NCBI GenBank assembly: GCA_965214605.1
Contig: OZ243961.1
Location: 1,792,001-1,856,000, forward strand
Reading direction: 5' to 3'
Length of the DNA: 64,000 nucleotides
Source: an uncultured Candidatus Binatia bacterium
GTDB taxonomy: Bacteria; Desulfobacterota; Binatia; Bin18
Part shown: positions 10,684 to 22,508 of the stretch, in pieces
Layout: each line of letters opens with the position of its first letter
Numbering within the stretch: the first letter of the stretch is position 1
The notes under the pieces: generated by a model
The model's database searches: none
What the model was told of the DNA's origin: nothing
Seen by the model: only the letters and a program-made list of their open reading frames with translations
Position numbers and translations under genes: made by a program

Positions 10684-11133
10684 TTATTCCTCATCATCTC
10701 TAAGCGCCCCGGTCGGGCCTTCTTCAACAGTCGTGTCGTCCTTCAGGAAAATGCCTAGCATGAGTGCAGAAGCGACTCCGCCAAACCAGAAAAAGCCGAT
10801 CATACCCATGCCAAGAGCCGCACCGAGCCCTGCCCCAACTTTTTCAGCCTCAGACATATTGGGGGAGGTATGTTCAGCAATGTCCACTAAACCAGACAAC
10901 GCCCAATATGCCACGAACGCGGTCCAGACTAGTGCAAAATATTTCATTCCGTTCCATCCTTTGCCACCTTTGCGCTTCTCTCCAGCTTTCAGGTTGCGGC
11001 GGGCAAGATAGGCGGGAAGGGCAACAAGAGGCAGCACGGCTGTTCCAGCAGCCCATCCAATCCAATAGTTGCGACGGTTGTAGGCGTCATAGCCTACCCA
11101 TGCAGCAGCGATCAACGCGTAGGATGTCAGCAT
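10684..11133 (-). CDS. Hypothetical multi-pass membrane protein
   Basis: Four to five hydrophobic segments; 'YLARRNLKAGEKRKGGKGWN', 'EEGPTG'; start uncertain. Confidence 0.6.
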   Translation of the reverse strand: MLTSYALIAAAWVGYDAYNRRNYWIGWAAGTAVLPLVALPAYLARRNLKAGEKRKGGKGWNGMKYFALVWTAFVAYWALSGLVDIAEHTSPNMSEAEKVGAGLGAALGMGMIGFFWFGGVASALMLGIFLKDDTTVEEGPTGALRDDEE

Positions 11134-11192
11134 ATGTCCCCTATACCCTGTCAAGGTTGTAGGCGTCACAGCCTACTCATGCAGCGATCAAC
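11076..11192 (+). repeat. Imperfect ~40-bp direct repeat pair
   Basis: GGTTGTAGGCGTCAYAGCCTACYCATGCAGC(AGC)GATCAAC at 11076-11116 and 11155-11192. Confidence 0.85.
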
Positions 11193-11272
11193 AGACCGAA
11201 AATACTATACGCCATAGGAACCGCTCCGTTCCTGGCCTTATTATTTTGGTGGTGAGCAATCAGGGATTGCAC

Positions 11273-11388
11273 GGACAAGAGCCCGGCCTCCGACACATCA
11301 AAGTAGCCTACGTAGTGTACAAAACACTATGCAACATCTTGGAATTGGTGGACAAGAGCCTGGCCTCCGACACATCGAAGTAGTCTAC
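11273..11388 (+). repeat. Imperfect 39-bp direct repeat pair
   Basis: GGACAAGAGCCYGGCCTCCGACACATCRAAGTAGYCTAC at 11273-11311 and 11350-11388. Confidence 0.85.
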
Positions 11389-11640
11389 CGCCTCACCTCG
11401 CTCAGCGCGGATCGCACCGGGCCCGAGGAACTGCCGGCCTTGGGCCGCACCCACTGGCCCATCGAAAACCGGCTGCCCTATGGGCGCGCCTTCACCTCCG
11501 ACAAAGACCGCTGTCGGGCCTAGGTGCGCCCCATGCCCCGCAATCTCGCCGGCCTGCCCAACACGGCATCGTCAGCGTGCGCCGCGCCGGCCGCTTCCGC
11601 TCCCTACCCGAGGCCGCCCTCGCCGTCATCTTGAACTCGC
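11350..11640 (+). mobile_element. ISAs1-family transposase C-terminal remnant
   Basis: 'YRLTSL...GRTHWPIENRL...FTSDKDRCR' matches the ISAs1 'HW.IEN.LH..RD..F.ED..R' motif; followed by an in-frame stop. Confidence 0.75.
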
Positions 11641-11988
11641 CCGGACCCTGATCCCGCCGGCGTCCCCCAGGAAGCGCGTGCGCCGCGGCGGGTCTCCTGC
11701 CGGCGTCGGGCAGTCACGCCCGACGACCCCGAAAACGCCGTTCGGCAAGTTCGGCCGCCTCCATTGACCTAACCGAGCCGAGCTCGGGAATGCCTCAAAT
11801 CCCCTCCACCGGATGCGCTCTTCCTCGTGCCGCGGTCTCAGCCCGGACTAAGAAATGTCCTGCCTACACACGCAAGCCGCTTGACTTTTCTCGAATTATT
11901 TGAGGCGCGTCGGCGAGCTGGGCGTTCTTGCCTGCACTGCGAGCATGCGGTAGCCTGTCTGCTTCCAAACCCTGCGGAGGATCGACAA

Positions 11989-12234
11989 ATGGCAAGCATC
12001 ACCATCCGCAATCTCGATGACGACGTGAGGACGCGCCTGCGCGTCCGGGCCGCCGAGCACAACCGCTCAATGGAGGAGGAGGTGCGCATCATCCTGCGCG
12101 AGGCCGTGAGCGACGGGAGATCCGGGCCGCGGAATCTGGCGGAACTCGCCCGTGAGTGTTTCGGGCCCCTTGGCGGAGTCGAGCTGGAACTCCCCCCACG
12201 CGGCCCGATGCGCGCCCCTCCGAAATTCTCCTGA
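11989..12234 (+). CDS. FitA-like ribbon-helix-helix antitoxin
   Basis: 'MASITIRNLDDDVRTRLRVRAAEHNRSMEEEVRIIL...GVELELPPR'. Confidence 0.9.
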   Translation: MASITIRNLDDDVRTRLRVRAAEHNRSMEEEVRIILREAVSDGRSGPRNLAELARECFGPLGGVELELPPRGPMRAPPKFS

Positions 12235-12243
12235 GACGCGCGG

Positions 12244-12666
12244 ATGTACGTCATCGACACGAATGTTGCGTCCGAACTCATGCGCCCGGCCCCGACGCCT
12301 TCGGTTGCGGCATGGATTGCGGAACGGGACGCGGAGGACATGTTCCTGACGGCAGTCAGCGAAGCCGAACTGCGCTACGGCGTCGCCATCGCCCCGGCTG
12401 GTCGGCGGAAGGATGCGCTGGAAGCCGCCCTGACCCGGTGGCTCGACGTAGGATTCGGCAAATGGATTCTGCCGTTCGACAGCGCGGCGGCTCGGGCCTA
12501 TGCGGAGATTGCTGCGGGCCGCCGCCAAGCGGGCCGGCCCATTGGCGAGGCCGACTGCCAGATCGCTGCCATATCCCGCCGGCACGGCGCCGTCCTCGTG
12601 ACGCGGAACGTGCGGGACTTCCACGGCACGGGAGTCCAGGTCGTCGATCCCTGGGCGACGGGATGA
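12244..12666 (+). CDS. vapC: VapC/FitB PIN-domain toxin
   Basis: 'IDTNVASE', 'SEAEL', 'ADCQIAAI', 'TRNVRDF...VVDPW'. Confidence 0.92.
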   Translation: MYVIDTNVASELMRPAPTPSVAAWIAERDAEDMFLTAVSEAELRYGVAIAPAGRRKDALEAALTRWLDVGFGKWILPFDSAAARAYAEIAAGRRQAGRPIGEADCQIAAISRRHGAVLVTRNVRDFHGTGVQVVDPWATG

Positions 12667-12812
12667 TCGCCGCGACCGACGCCTTCGCGCAGCCACCGGG
12701 CAACCAGTTCGATTGCATGACCGCCGGCATCACGCGTGCCGGCGGTTGGCCGTCGCCGCGACGAATGCCGGGCGATTTCGCGGAATTCGGGATCGAGGTC
12801 GTTGACCCGGGG
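12663..12812 (+). pseudogene. Second VapC C-terminal remnant
   Basis: 'FDCMTAGITRAGG...GDFAEFGIEVVDP'. Confidence 0.5.
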
Positions 12813-12872
12813 ATGCGGCTAACCCGCCACGCAACTATGGGTGGACGGAGACTAGGAAAGAGAAGACTGGCC

Positions 12873-13480
12873 GTGAACGTTCAGACGCACGAAGAGCTGA
12901 AAGCCAACATCTGGGAAATCGCGAACCGGCTGCGTGGGCCGTACCGGCCTCCTCAGTATCGCCTGGTGATGCTGCCGATGGTCGTGCTGCGTCGGCTCGA
13001 TTGCGTTCTGGAGCCAACCAAGGATGCCGTGCTGAAGCGGCGCGACGAGCTGGAGGCGCAGGAGATGCCCGAACCGGCGATGGAGCGCCTGCTCGGCAAG
13101 GCCGCCGACCCGAAGCGCAAGCATCCGCTCTACAACACGAGCCCCTACACCTTCGTCTCTTCACCGTCGTCAAGGCGATGACCGACGTCGAGCTTCACCC
13201 CGACCGGATCGACAACCTGCAGATGGGCTACCTGTTCGAGCACCTGGTGATGCGCTTCAACGAACAGGCGAACGAGGAAGCGGGGGACCACTTCACACCG
13301 CGCGAGATCATTCGTCTCATGGCGCACCTCATCTACACCGGCGAGCCGGATGTCTACAAGCCCGGCATTTTCCGCACGATCTGCGATCCGGCGTGCGGAA
13401 CGGGCGGCATGCTCTCAGAGTCCGAGAAAGCTGATCCTCTCCCAGAACGACCGGGCGCAGCTCGCACTCTTCGGCCAGGA
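12873..13480 (+). pseudogene. hsdM: Type I R-M methyltransferase HsdM, internally deleted and truncated
   Basis: 'IWEIANRLRG..RPPQY..VMLPMVVLRRLD'; after a frameshift 'MGYLFEHL..RFNEQANEEAGDHFTPRE', 'DPACGTGGML'; no NPPF motif reached. Confidence 0.88.
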
Positions 13481-14135
13481 ATGCACGGTCGAGCAATACA
13501 AGGCATGGTCAGCGCAGCAGCCCGCCAGACATTTCGCCGATTACGAGTTTCGCCGGAAGCAGCCAACCCTCGCGGATACGCCCTTTTCCTGTGGCTGTCG
13601 CCGCTTTCGTTGCCTTGGCCGTATACGGCCTAGCGGGCGCGAAATGGTCGCCCCTCGCGCCGATCTGGATCACGTCGAAATTCGGGATCGTTGCGGCACT
13701 CCGGGTCCTTGAGCCGCCCGTGTCACAGAAAGGGCCAGCGGCTCAAGACACTGCTGTCTCACCCCTCCGCCTGGCGAAAGCCTTTGGATCGACTACTCTA
13801 CCGCCGTTGCATCGTCCGAGAACATCTAAAAGACTCTTCTCAAAGAAATGCCAATATAGAAGTGTGTTCAGAAAAATTGTTACTTTGCATTGCGGTTACC
13901 ATTACTTTCAATGAGACGGTCAGCCCGGGCCGGGCTAGCGGCTTCCCGCCTGGACGGCCCGGACAAGCTACTTGAGCTTATGGCTGATAGCGGTCAATTG
14001 GTGAGGCCCTCAAACATTACCTTGTCTGTGATTTCATCCAGTTTATGATCGTTCATCTGATCCATATCTTTGTGAGAAAGATGCCGACCGCCCCCGCCCA
14101 GCAGCAGACCTTCAGCGGCTGTTTCAGCATGATTG

Positions 14136-14884
14136 TTATCGTGCGATGACGTTCGGGAGTCTCCGTTTGATCTCGGCTTCCAAGATACGTCCTTCGGTAC
14201 GGCTATTAAACAAGCTGCTGGCGCCCTTCGCACCGCGTTTCCAAAAGGCGGCACCTCTAACCTCCCTGCCTTCCGAAGTCTGTCCGGTTAGTTGCTCTAA
14301 CGGCTCCCTCATGATTGCAGCATAATCATGCGGCTTAAAAACAGATAATTCTGGCCTGCTTGACATAATAGCCAGCACGTTGACCCCATGGAGCGCCTTC
14401 ACTCCCAAGGTCCGCTGCAGGTTGTAGTCTTCGGGGTTCCAAAAGACTTCTGGAAGAACCTGCTTGATGCCTTCCCAGTATGCGTTGAGAACCCGGACTT
14501 GTTGCTCTTGGTCACCGAGTGCTTAGAAATATCCGGAGAGCTCTACCAGAGGCCTCAGAGAGGTCGTCAAGCCGTTGTTGGTAATCGTGGTATCTTGCTT
14601 CTTTTGGCCGGGATAGTAGATACGCCCCGCCAAATCTCCGCTTCCGCCACTTTGTTGGTCAACGCACCGGCTTCCGCTATCCAAACTTTTCCGCTGTCGG
14701 TCAGATACTCCCTCATCTCTTCAGAGGTATCCGCCCGTTCCCTTAGCAGTTCCTGCGCGAGTCCAGTCGCTATACTCTTGGCGTTGCTGTTGACCACATC
14801 AAATTCGGTCGTTTCTCCGTGTTGATCTACGCCAGCAAGAACAAGGATAGCACAAGATAGTCCTATTATATAGTATGGTAACAA
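14136..14884 (-). pseudogene. DGQHR/DndB-family protein, C-terminal remnant
   Basis: 'EFDVVNSNAKSI..LAQELL' and, in another frame, 'NAYWEGIKQVLPEVFWNPEDYNLQRTLGVKALH'; stops and frameshifts; the DGQHR motif itself is absent. Confidence 0.55.
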
Positions 14885-15125
14885 TAATTAATGTCAAGTA
14901 TCCGAAGCGATTTTTTGGTTTATTTTCCGTGTAGCTTTATCCGGGGTACGGTGCATCCTGCGCCGTGGGCACTCCCCCTTCCTCAAGCAGATATCGTCAG
15001 GATCGTGCAGAGCTGTCTCTTCGCCGGCTTCTTCGATCTCCGAATATGAGGCCTCTGCCCCCTTGTTCGTTTCGATTCCGCTCAATAGAGTGGACCGAGA
15101 CCTGTTACGATCCGGAGCGATACGG

Positions 15126-16756
15126 ATGCCGAGCGACGAGAAAAAGCTGTACCTGAGATTTCACGGGCGGATCATTAATTCTCTCGGCCAGAGGTATCAG
15201 ATCCCGTCGCGGCAGTTGCGGAATTGATCGCGAACGCGTGGGACGCCGATGCCGAGGCGGTCGAGGTAACTCTTCCCTCTTCTCTGAGCAACGCCCCGAC
15301 GATTGTCGTGCGCGACAACGGCCTCGGAATAACGTTTAAGCATTGTCAGACGCGATATCTCGATGTCGGCCGAAACCGTCGTAGCGACCCACGAATAGCA
15401 CCCCGGGCGGGCGGCCACTCTTGGGCCGGAAAGGCATCGGCAAGTTCGCAGGGTTCGGCATCGCCACCGTTCTTGAAGTGGAGACGACGAGCAAAAAGAC
15501 GGGAGAGCGGACGAAATTCCGCCTGGATCTGGAAGCTCTTCGCGGCGACTCGTACATCGCCACCGGCCCGCGGGTGATACCCGCGCTAACTCACGATGGA
15601 CCGGATGAAGCCTGACGGGCCGAGTTGGGCACGACCATCACGCTGAGGAAGTTGAAGCTCCGCCGTACTCCGAACGAGACCAGCTTTGTCGCCTCGATGG
15701 CCCGGAGGTTTCTCATCAATTAGACGACCGGGTTCGCAGCGCGGATTAACGGTTCGGCGTTGCCCGAGGACGACGAACTGATGGGCGTCGAGTTCGATTT
15801 TCCCAACGCCTACAAAGACGGCGAGCGTCCGCCGGGGCTTTGCATCAGGGACGGATTCGGCTTTGAAAAGGTCGAAAACGATGAAGTTGGATGGCGTATA
15901 AAATTTGCGAAGGTTCCCATCGGCACGGGAGAATTACGAGGCGTCTCCGTATTCTGCGGCATCAAGGTTGCGCAGACTCCGTTCTTTTTCGACCTTTCCG
16001 GAGGGTTGCCCGGCCAGCACGGGTAGCAATACATGTCCGGGCAGGTTCGGGCGGACTTTCTGGACCAACTGGACACGGACGTAATCACGACGGAACGGCA
16101 ACGCCTCAATTGGGAGCATGAACAAACCGCCCTCCTTGAAAAATGGGGACAAGACCGGCTCAAATTCCTGCTGGGAATATGGAGGGCGCGAAGAGTTGAA
16201 GAAAAAATCCAGAGGATCAACGAACAATTAACGCCGTTCTCACCGCGTCTGGAACGATTGAGTTCGTCGGAAAGAAGGACCGTCTCGGACGCAATCAGGA
16301 AGGTGGCGGCGCGATCGAGGCGCTGTCCGAAGAGCAGTTCGTCGAGTTGGCGAACGCCATATTGACGGCTTGGGAGGGCGGCAGGCTGCTAGTCGCGGAG
16401 TTCACGCGGCCCGGTCTGGCCGTTGACCGCGATCACATTGATCGATACCAGGAATACATCGACATCCTACGTGAGGGTATTGAAAAGCGAACACAGCTCT
16501 CGGATATTGCTCCGTATCCGGCCTGCTCGTCGCGGATAAGCTGAACAGGCGGCCCGGCATGGATCAAATCCTGGACCGTCTTGCAAAGGCGGATATGAAG
16601 GTGCTGGAATGGGAGGGGCTGCTTGGTCGCGCCGAGGCTCAATGGGAAGAATTTTTCGATGTTCTTGTGGAACGTGCTCCGGAAGACGACCGGCTGAAGT
16701 GCGACCAGCCTGAAAGGCTCGACGATCAGGCCGCCGCGGGAGCGACAGAGGAGTGA
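15126..16756 (+). pseudogene. GHKL (HATPase_c_3/MORC-like) ATPase pseudogene
   Basis: 'ELIANAWDADA', 'VRDNGLG', 'GRKGIGKFAGFGIA'; several stops (e.g. 15613, 15721, 16024) and frameshifts. Confidence 0.85.
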
Positions 16757-17030
16757 TGAGGGCGGACATGGACCCGAAGCCGGCGGATTCCTGTTGAGGC
16801 TCGTTCACCGCTGTATGGAATTCCCCTCCGAAGGAGCTTCCACTCTCCCCGCGGCGGAAGGAGGACGGCTTCTCCTCTCCTCCGGAGGTCGTTCGATCAT
16901 TGCACTCGAACGCGCCGGATGGGCCGTGCTGGTGATTTGGGAATGTGAGACGAAGGACATTGAGGCCGTGATCGCGCGGCTGGACGCCTTTCTCCGCGGC
17001 GGGACCAGCTCGGGCGTCTCCTCAACGTGA
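16756..17030 (+). pseudogene. vsr: Very-short-patch repair endonuclease remnant
   Basis: 'LERAGWAVLVIWECE' C-terminal Vsr signature; degenerate 'DPKP..RLVHR' N-terminus. Confidence 0.75.
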
Positions 17031-17049
17031 CCGTGCGGCTTCAGCTTCC

Positions 17050-20000
17050 TCTCTCGGACAAACATCCAGAAAGTCGCATCGCGTACATCGGTCCTTCATC
17101 CGATTCGTAGGGCCGCTGTCGAAGCGGCGCTCTCGAATGCGTCGTCCCGTTCGGATAATCTCTTCACGCACTCCCGCGAGCTGCTTGTCGTCGAGATTGA
17201 CTTCCAGCTGTCTCCGGTCCGGCCTCTCTTCTCCGCTGTATCGGATCGTATTCCAGTTCGTCCCAGGCGGCTAAACCGTATACTCCTATCTGGAGCTCCA
17301 TCAGTTCTCTGTTTTCCTCCTCGCCGTCGCCCGACTTGAAGTCCACGATGGAGACGCGCGGCGGATCGTCGAACCGCACGACGTCTATGGCCCCGGAAAT
17401 GAGCAGATTCTCATCCGTGATAAGCGTTTCGAATTCTTTTTCGGGCTCGAACTCCAACCTCGCAAGCTCCCCGGCGTATGTCTCCACGTATTCCACGACA
17501 CCTGCGACGGTACGGCGTCGCAGGTTGTCGAGCGGCTCCCCTACCGTATAGCGGAGATAGAACATCCCCTGTTCGATCAAGTGCTCTACTGCGTCCCGCA
17601 AGCGGGATCGATCCGCCGCCAATCCGACCCAACGGCGCGGGTCCGACTGGACGACGCGGAGCAGATTGTGAAGACCGCGGCCGTACCCGAATTCCTGCCC
17701 GATCGTAGGCGTAAAGCCGAGCACGTGGCGCAGGTAGAAGTCGTGTAGACATTCCAGGAAATATCGGAGGTCCGAGAAGTTGGTGGCCAGCCGATCCTCC
17801 CGACTCGGAACGCTTGCATGATGTTTCAGGGTTTCGGCGATATCCAACTTGTTCTCGGCAACGATGCCGCCGACCGCCTTGATCATTTGACCAACGGCTT
17901 TAAAAAAGCGCGATTGCCTTCGACCACTGGCCGACACATAGGAGGGACCGCTCCGCACACGTCAGGGCCACGTACATCAGTCTACGCTCGTCGTCATGAT
18001 TATCGCTATCGGAGAGATGGGCGGGATCCACGTATCCTTCGGCTCCTTTATCGAATGGAACTTCCGCAACACTTTTGGCCCGTATGCTCGGGAATCGTTG
18101 GGGGAGGACGTCGGCCAGAAAGACCGCGGCGAACTCAAGTCCCTTTGCAGAGTGAATGGTGGTGACGGTTACAGCGTCCGGGCTTGCAAGCAGCGGAGTT
18201 TCGGCCGCTCTCGCCGCCTCCGCTCCCCAATTCAAGAGCACAATCAGCTGCCACTTCAGGCTTCCCGTAGGCGTCCACCTGGGTGTTTCCATCGCCTTCA
18301 CAAGCGAACTCAGCTGCCCGATATGGAAGAGGGCGCTCTCGGCCGCGGCTCGATTTCCATCCGTGCCCCACTGATCAATCCCCGCCTCGCGCAGCAACCA
18401 ATGAAAGAGGGTCTGCGGGAAGATTCTTCGCGGCCGACGGTTGCGCCCGAGCCAGGTTCTGCACTCGGCGCTGCACCGCAGTCCGGAGATGTCCTCGGGT
18501 TGCGGCTCCGCCGATCCCGGCCGATATTTTGATTGCTCTGCATAAAAGCTTCAGACGTTCCCGCCTCCCTTCCTGAACAGACAGCCTCTACTGTTTCAGC
18601 TTCGCAATAGCCGCCGGAATAATCTCCGAGGGGACCGGTTTCACGCCCAGGGCGTTGTGAACGCGGCCGGGCATCGCCCTGGGGGTCCTCGCCCCTCAAA
18701 ATTCCTCGACGCCCGAGCAAAGGCCCAGCGCGGCCAAAAACAGCAGGACCTCGGGTTGGGAGAACAGGTCCGGCCCGCCGCGCACGACGGCGGGAATACC
18801 CCGTTCGCGCAAGGCGCTCTGGTAGGTACGGATGTCGGTCCCCGATCGGACGAGAACGGCGATATCCGATAGCGTCAATCCCCGCTCCCTCCCGCCTTCG
18901 TCGTGGAACGCACCTTTCATCCCCCTCCCGTCGACAAGCTTTGCTATCGTGTCCCCGATCCAGGACGCTTCGTTCCTACGGTCCTTGAAATGGACCCGCG
19001 CGACATGCCGGCTGGACACATCGGTCCGGGTTTCGCGCCGGTGCCGCATGGCGGGGTTCGCCATGCCGGCCGTATCCCCGATCGTCTTCGACCATTCGTT
19101 CGCCAACTCGATGATGCGCGGCGTCGAACGGTAATTCGCGGGGAGTTCCTGAACGTGTCCGTCTCTTGACTGTTCAAGTTCTTTATACAGGAGGCCCATC
19201 AGATCGACGCGCCCGCCCCTAAAGGAATAAATCGCCCGCCGATGATCTCCGACCGCGGTCAAATAACCGTCTTCACCGACAATCCCGCGTATCAGCGCAT
19301 CCTGGACCGGGTTGATGTCCTGCATCTCGTCGACAACGACCCGCTTCCATGATCGGGAAACCTGTTCCCTGAATGAACAGTTGCTCCTCAATCGCCGCGT
19401 CACCTCGGACTGAATGGTACTGAAGTCCGGGAATCTCCGCGTTCGGAGATAGCCGAGCCGCCGAATCGGCGAACGCCTTCGCCAGCTTGGATTCGCCGAC
19501 CTCGGTCTTCAGGCTCGCTGCGCTGCACCAGTCGCCGTCCCGCGAGACGTCGGTCGGGACGGAAACGTCCGGCAGGGATACGTCCAGCCGATCATATTCG
19601 TTGAGCAGATCGTATCCTCGAAGGAAAAGCTGTAGACTTTCAAACTTCCCGAGACCGGCGGCGGTCTGAAAGTCCCTCAAGCCGAGAACGGGAAGATATC
19701 CCTGTTCAATAAGCGACATTCTGCCTCGTCGGCGACAACGTCGAACATGTAGAACTCGTCGGAGGCGAGGTCGCGGAGAACCTTCAGGCAAAAACCATGG
19801 ATGGTACCGATGTACATTCCGCCCGGCCTGGAATCTTCCCCCGGCGGGGTGAGGTCCTCCAGACAGCGCCGGATGCGGAACTTGAGTTCTTCCCCAGCAG
19901 ATTCGGTAAAGGTAAAGGCCACGATTTCGTTCTTGGGAACTTGATCAACAGCTACCCACAACGCCACGCGCGGGCCATGACCTCGGTCTTGCCCGACCCT

Positions 20001-20110
20001 GCTCCGGCCACAACCAGCAGGCGGCGCGACTTGTTGCGGACGGCCTCCTTTTGCTCCGCGTTGAGATCGGACAAAAGGACCCGACATGCTTCTTTAGGAG
20101 CTGTGGGCAT
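17050..20110 (-). pseudogene. UvrD/PcrA-like SF1 helicase with a C-terminal PD-(D/E)xK nuclease, fragmented
   Basis: 'AGAGSGKT', 'FTFT', 'GTIHGF', 'VVDEMQD', 'NYRST', 'TIHSAKGLEF', 'RRLMYVALT', 'GAIDVV..IVDFKSG' spread over several frames. Confidence 0.88.
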
Positions 20111-21141
20111 CGTCTCTCACCCCTCTCCCGGATTCCCACGCGGCCGGCGGGGTCCCGCCGATCTGCCGCCGGAGCGACCGTTCATGATGTTCCGCGAACT
20201 TGGGGGGAAAGGCATTCCCTATCAACCCCGCCGTGGGGCCGCGTCCTTTGGACAGGTCGAACTTATACGAGGCCGGGAAGCCCTGCAGGAGCATCGCATC
20301 CCGAAGGGTGACGGGCCTGTCCTCCTCCGGGTGCAGGAAGCGTCCCTTCGATGGGCTGATGCATCCGCTCGTGATGGTTGGTGCCGGAGCACGCCAAGCC
20401 ATCCGGCCGTAGATGTCGTTGAAGCCGCGGAAATTCCGGTGGCACCTCAGCTGTTCCTCCGGCGGCAGATCGGTGCGGCTGTCGTCGTCTTTAGGGATCC
20501 GGCGAATCATCGACAGCACGTGAGCGGCCCGGCGCGTGGGATAGCCGGGTCGCTTGAAGCCCTCGGAGGCGGCATTTTTCGAAGGACACCCGCTACGGTT
20601 CGACGCCCCCGCACGGACAGCGCAAACGAAGGAGGACCGTACCTCTCTTGGACACCTAGCAGAATCATGCGTCGCCGCCGCTGGGGGACGCCGAACTGCA
20701 CCACGTCCAATACCTTCTCATCGTGTTTGTCTTTAAGCTCGTTGAGCTTCCTTCCGATCCGTGCCAAACATTGGTCCTTGAACAGCGGCGACACGTTCTC
20801 CATCATCAGCGCCTTCGGCCGGAAGATCTCAACAAAACGGATGAACTCAAAAACGAGATCGTTCATGGGGTCGCCGATCCGGCGACTCCCGTTGAGTGTC
20901 CGCAGTGTGGAAAAGCCTTGGCAGGGCGGACAGCCCGCGAGCAGGTCCAAGTCTCCGGGTTGAAGTCTCAAGTCGTCATCACTGCCTCGGCATCCACCTT
21001 CCCAATGGGGTTGTTCTGCTTATAGGTCTTGACCGACAGGGGATCGTTGTCGCCGGCGGCCACGATCAGGCCCAGCGTCAATCCGCCGCACCCGCAGAAC
21101 AGGTCGATCGCCCGGAATGGTCCCCTCCGCAATGGCGTCAT
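20094..21141 (-). pseudogene. C5 DNA cytosine methyltransferase, frameshifted
   Basis: 'IDLFCGCGG', 'GCPPCQGFS', 'ENV', 'GVPQRRRR', 'LQGFP', 'IGNAFPP' in three frames. Confidence 0.9.
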
Positions 21142-21699
21142 TCTCCCACGCCCCTCCCGATCAGCGCAAAAGACGCGCCCATTTTCCGTCTCAGACTCTC
21201 GGTCTCTTATTCGTGCTCACGAGGTGCCCTTCTTCTGCTCGTATGGGGGAAAAGTCCCTCCCGGTGTATCCAGGGGCGTCCGGCGCCGTGCAGCTGCTGA
21301 AACCGCTGCACGACCTCGGGTACCGTTCGCGGCGGGCCGGATACCGTCAACGACCCCCTCCAAGTAATCGGGATGATCTGCCGAGGAGATGTCCGTTGCA
21401 GACCATTCAATCCACGTTGTGAGCCGCGGCGAAAGCGTATCTCCGTCTCTCATCGTCTTTTCCCGTCTCCGGCTTATACGGCGCTCAGCTCGCCCCCGCA
21501 GTCTTTACTTGTCAGCGCTCATCTCCCTTCGGCCCCCGCCCTCTTTTCGATGTTCCGCCAGGCAGCTCGGAAGATGGGGGACGGGTGGTGAAGAAGCAAG
21601 CCCCCCGCCAACCGGTCCGACCGCCGGCCATGCTGTGGCAAAACAGCCCTGCGGTCAGCCCATCGCCAATCGTCTCATACTCTTCCCTTGTTCACGCAC

Positions 21700-21850
21700 G
21701 GCTGTTCTCCCTGGGGCGTATCCTCGTCGGTGAGACCGAGCAGATAGTCGGTACTGGTGTCCAAGGCGTTGGCGACTTTGGCCACAACCAACCCGGCGAG
21801 ATCCTGAATCCTCCCGCGCTCGACCCTCACGATCGTATTACCCACTGCTA
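21700..21850 (-). pseudogene. XRE-family HTH remnant
   Basis: 'NTIVRVERG...KVANALDTSTDYLLGLTD'. Confidence 0.5.
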
Positions 21851-22331
21851 AGGTATCGTACTCCCCGCCCTCAACCTACCAGCTCAAGACGTGTGGCGGC
21901 GCATTTCCAGCCGGAGATGAAGCCGAGGCCGGGGAGAGTCGTCCGGGCGGCCGGACTTTCAAAATCGCCGCCTGGGTCGCGGGCATACAGACAAGAGAGA
22001 AGACGAAGACCCCGCTCAGGAACGCCGTTGTTCTCACACCAGCCTCCTTCCCCCATCTCGTTTCCGCCCGACTCCGCTCTACCAGCCGGCGTTCCTCGGC
22101 TTGGTAGCGCGCCCGGGCGCACGCCGTGGCCTCCCGCCAGCGGTCTTCCTCGGTCTGCGTCTGGGCTCCTGCCCTCACCCGCCGCGCCTCCCCGCTGACC
22201 GCTCGGCCACATACGTGTGATAGACACAGCTGCCCAGCCCCGCCAGCAGCACCGGCCCGATTCCGGCCCGGATCAGGCCGAGCGCCGCCGCAAAAAGCCA
22301 GAAGGGGACCTCGGCGATCAGCGGTCCCAGT

Positions 22332-22397
22332 TTGACAAAACCGTCCAATAGCGTGAGTATACGCAGTATTTTACTTTCTTGAACATTCATGTGTTCA
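22332..22397 (+). promoter_or_regulatory. Putative promoter and operator upstream of the AlbA_2-methylase unit
   Basis: TTGACA at 22332; AT-rich tract; perfect inverted repeat TGAACA-N6-TGTTCA at 22380-22397. Confidence 0.45.
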
Positions 22398-22508
22398 TGA
22401 ATTAATTCTCTATCCACACGAGATGAAGCAGCGCTTTGAGCGGCATGTGGATGATCTTGGGAGGGGAAAGGACGTCGCCAAGGTTCGGATGGTGCTGGAG
22501 TAGGGCCG

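Noticed and set aside
11076-11388. CRISPR mini-array
   Set aside because: Only two copies of each of two unrelated repeats, both overlapping coding or IS sequence; no cas genes or leader
14136-14884. Functional Dnd phosphorothioation system
   Set aside because: Only a broken DGQHR-like fragment; no dndC, dndD or dndE in the window
19797-20963. 388-aa plus-strand ORF
   Set aside because: Antisense shadow of the C5-methylase and helicase pseudogenes; no motifs
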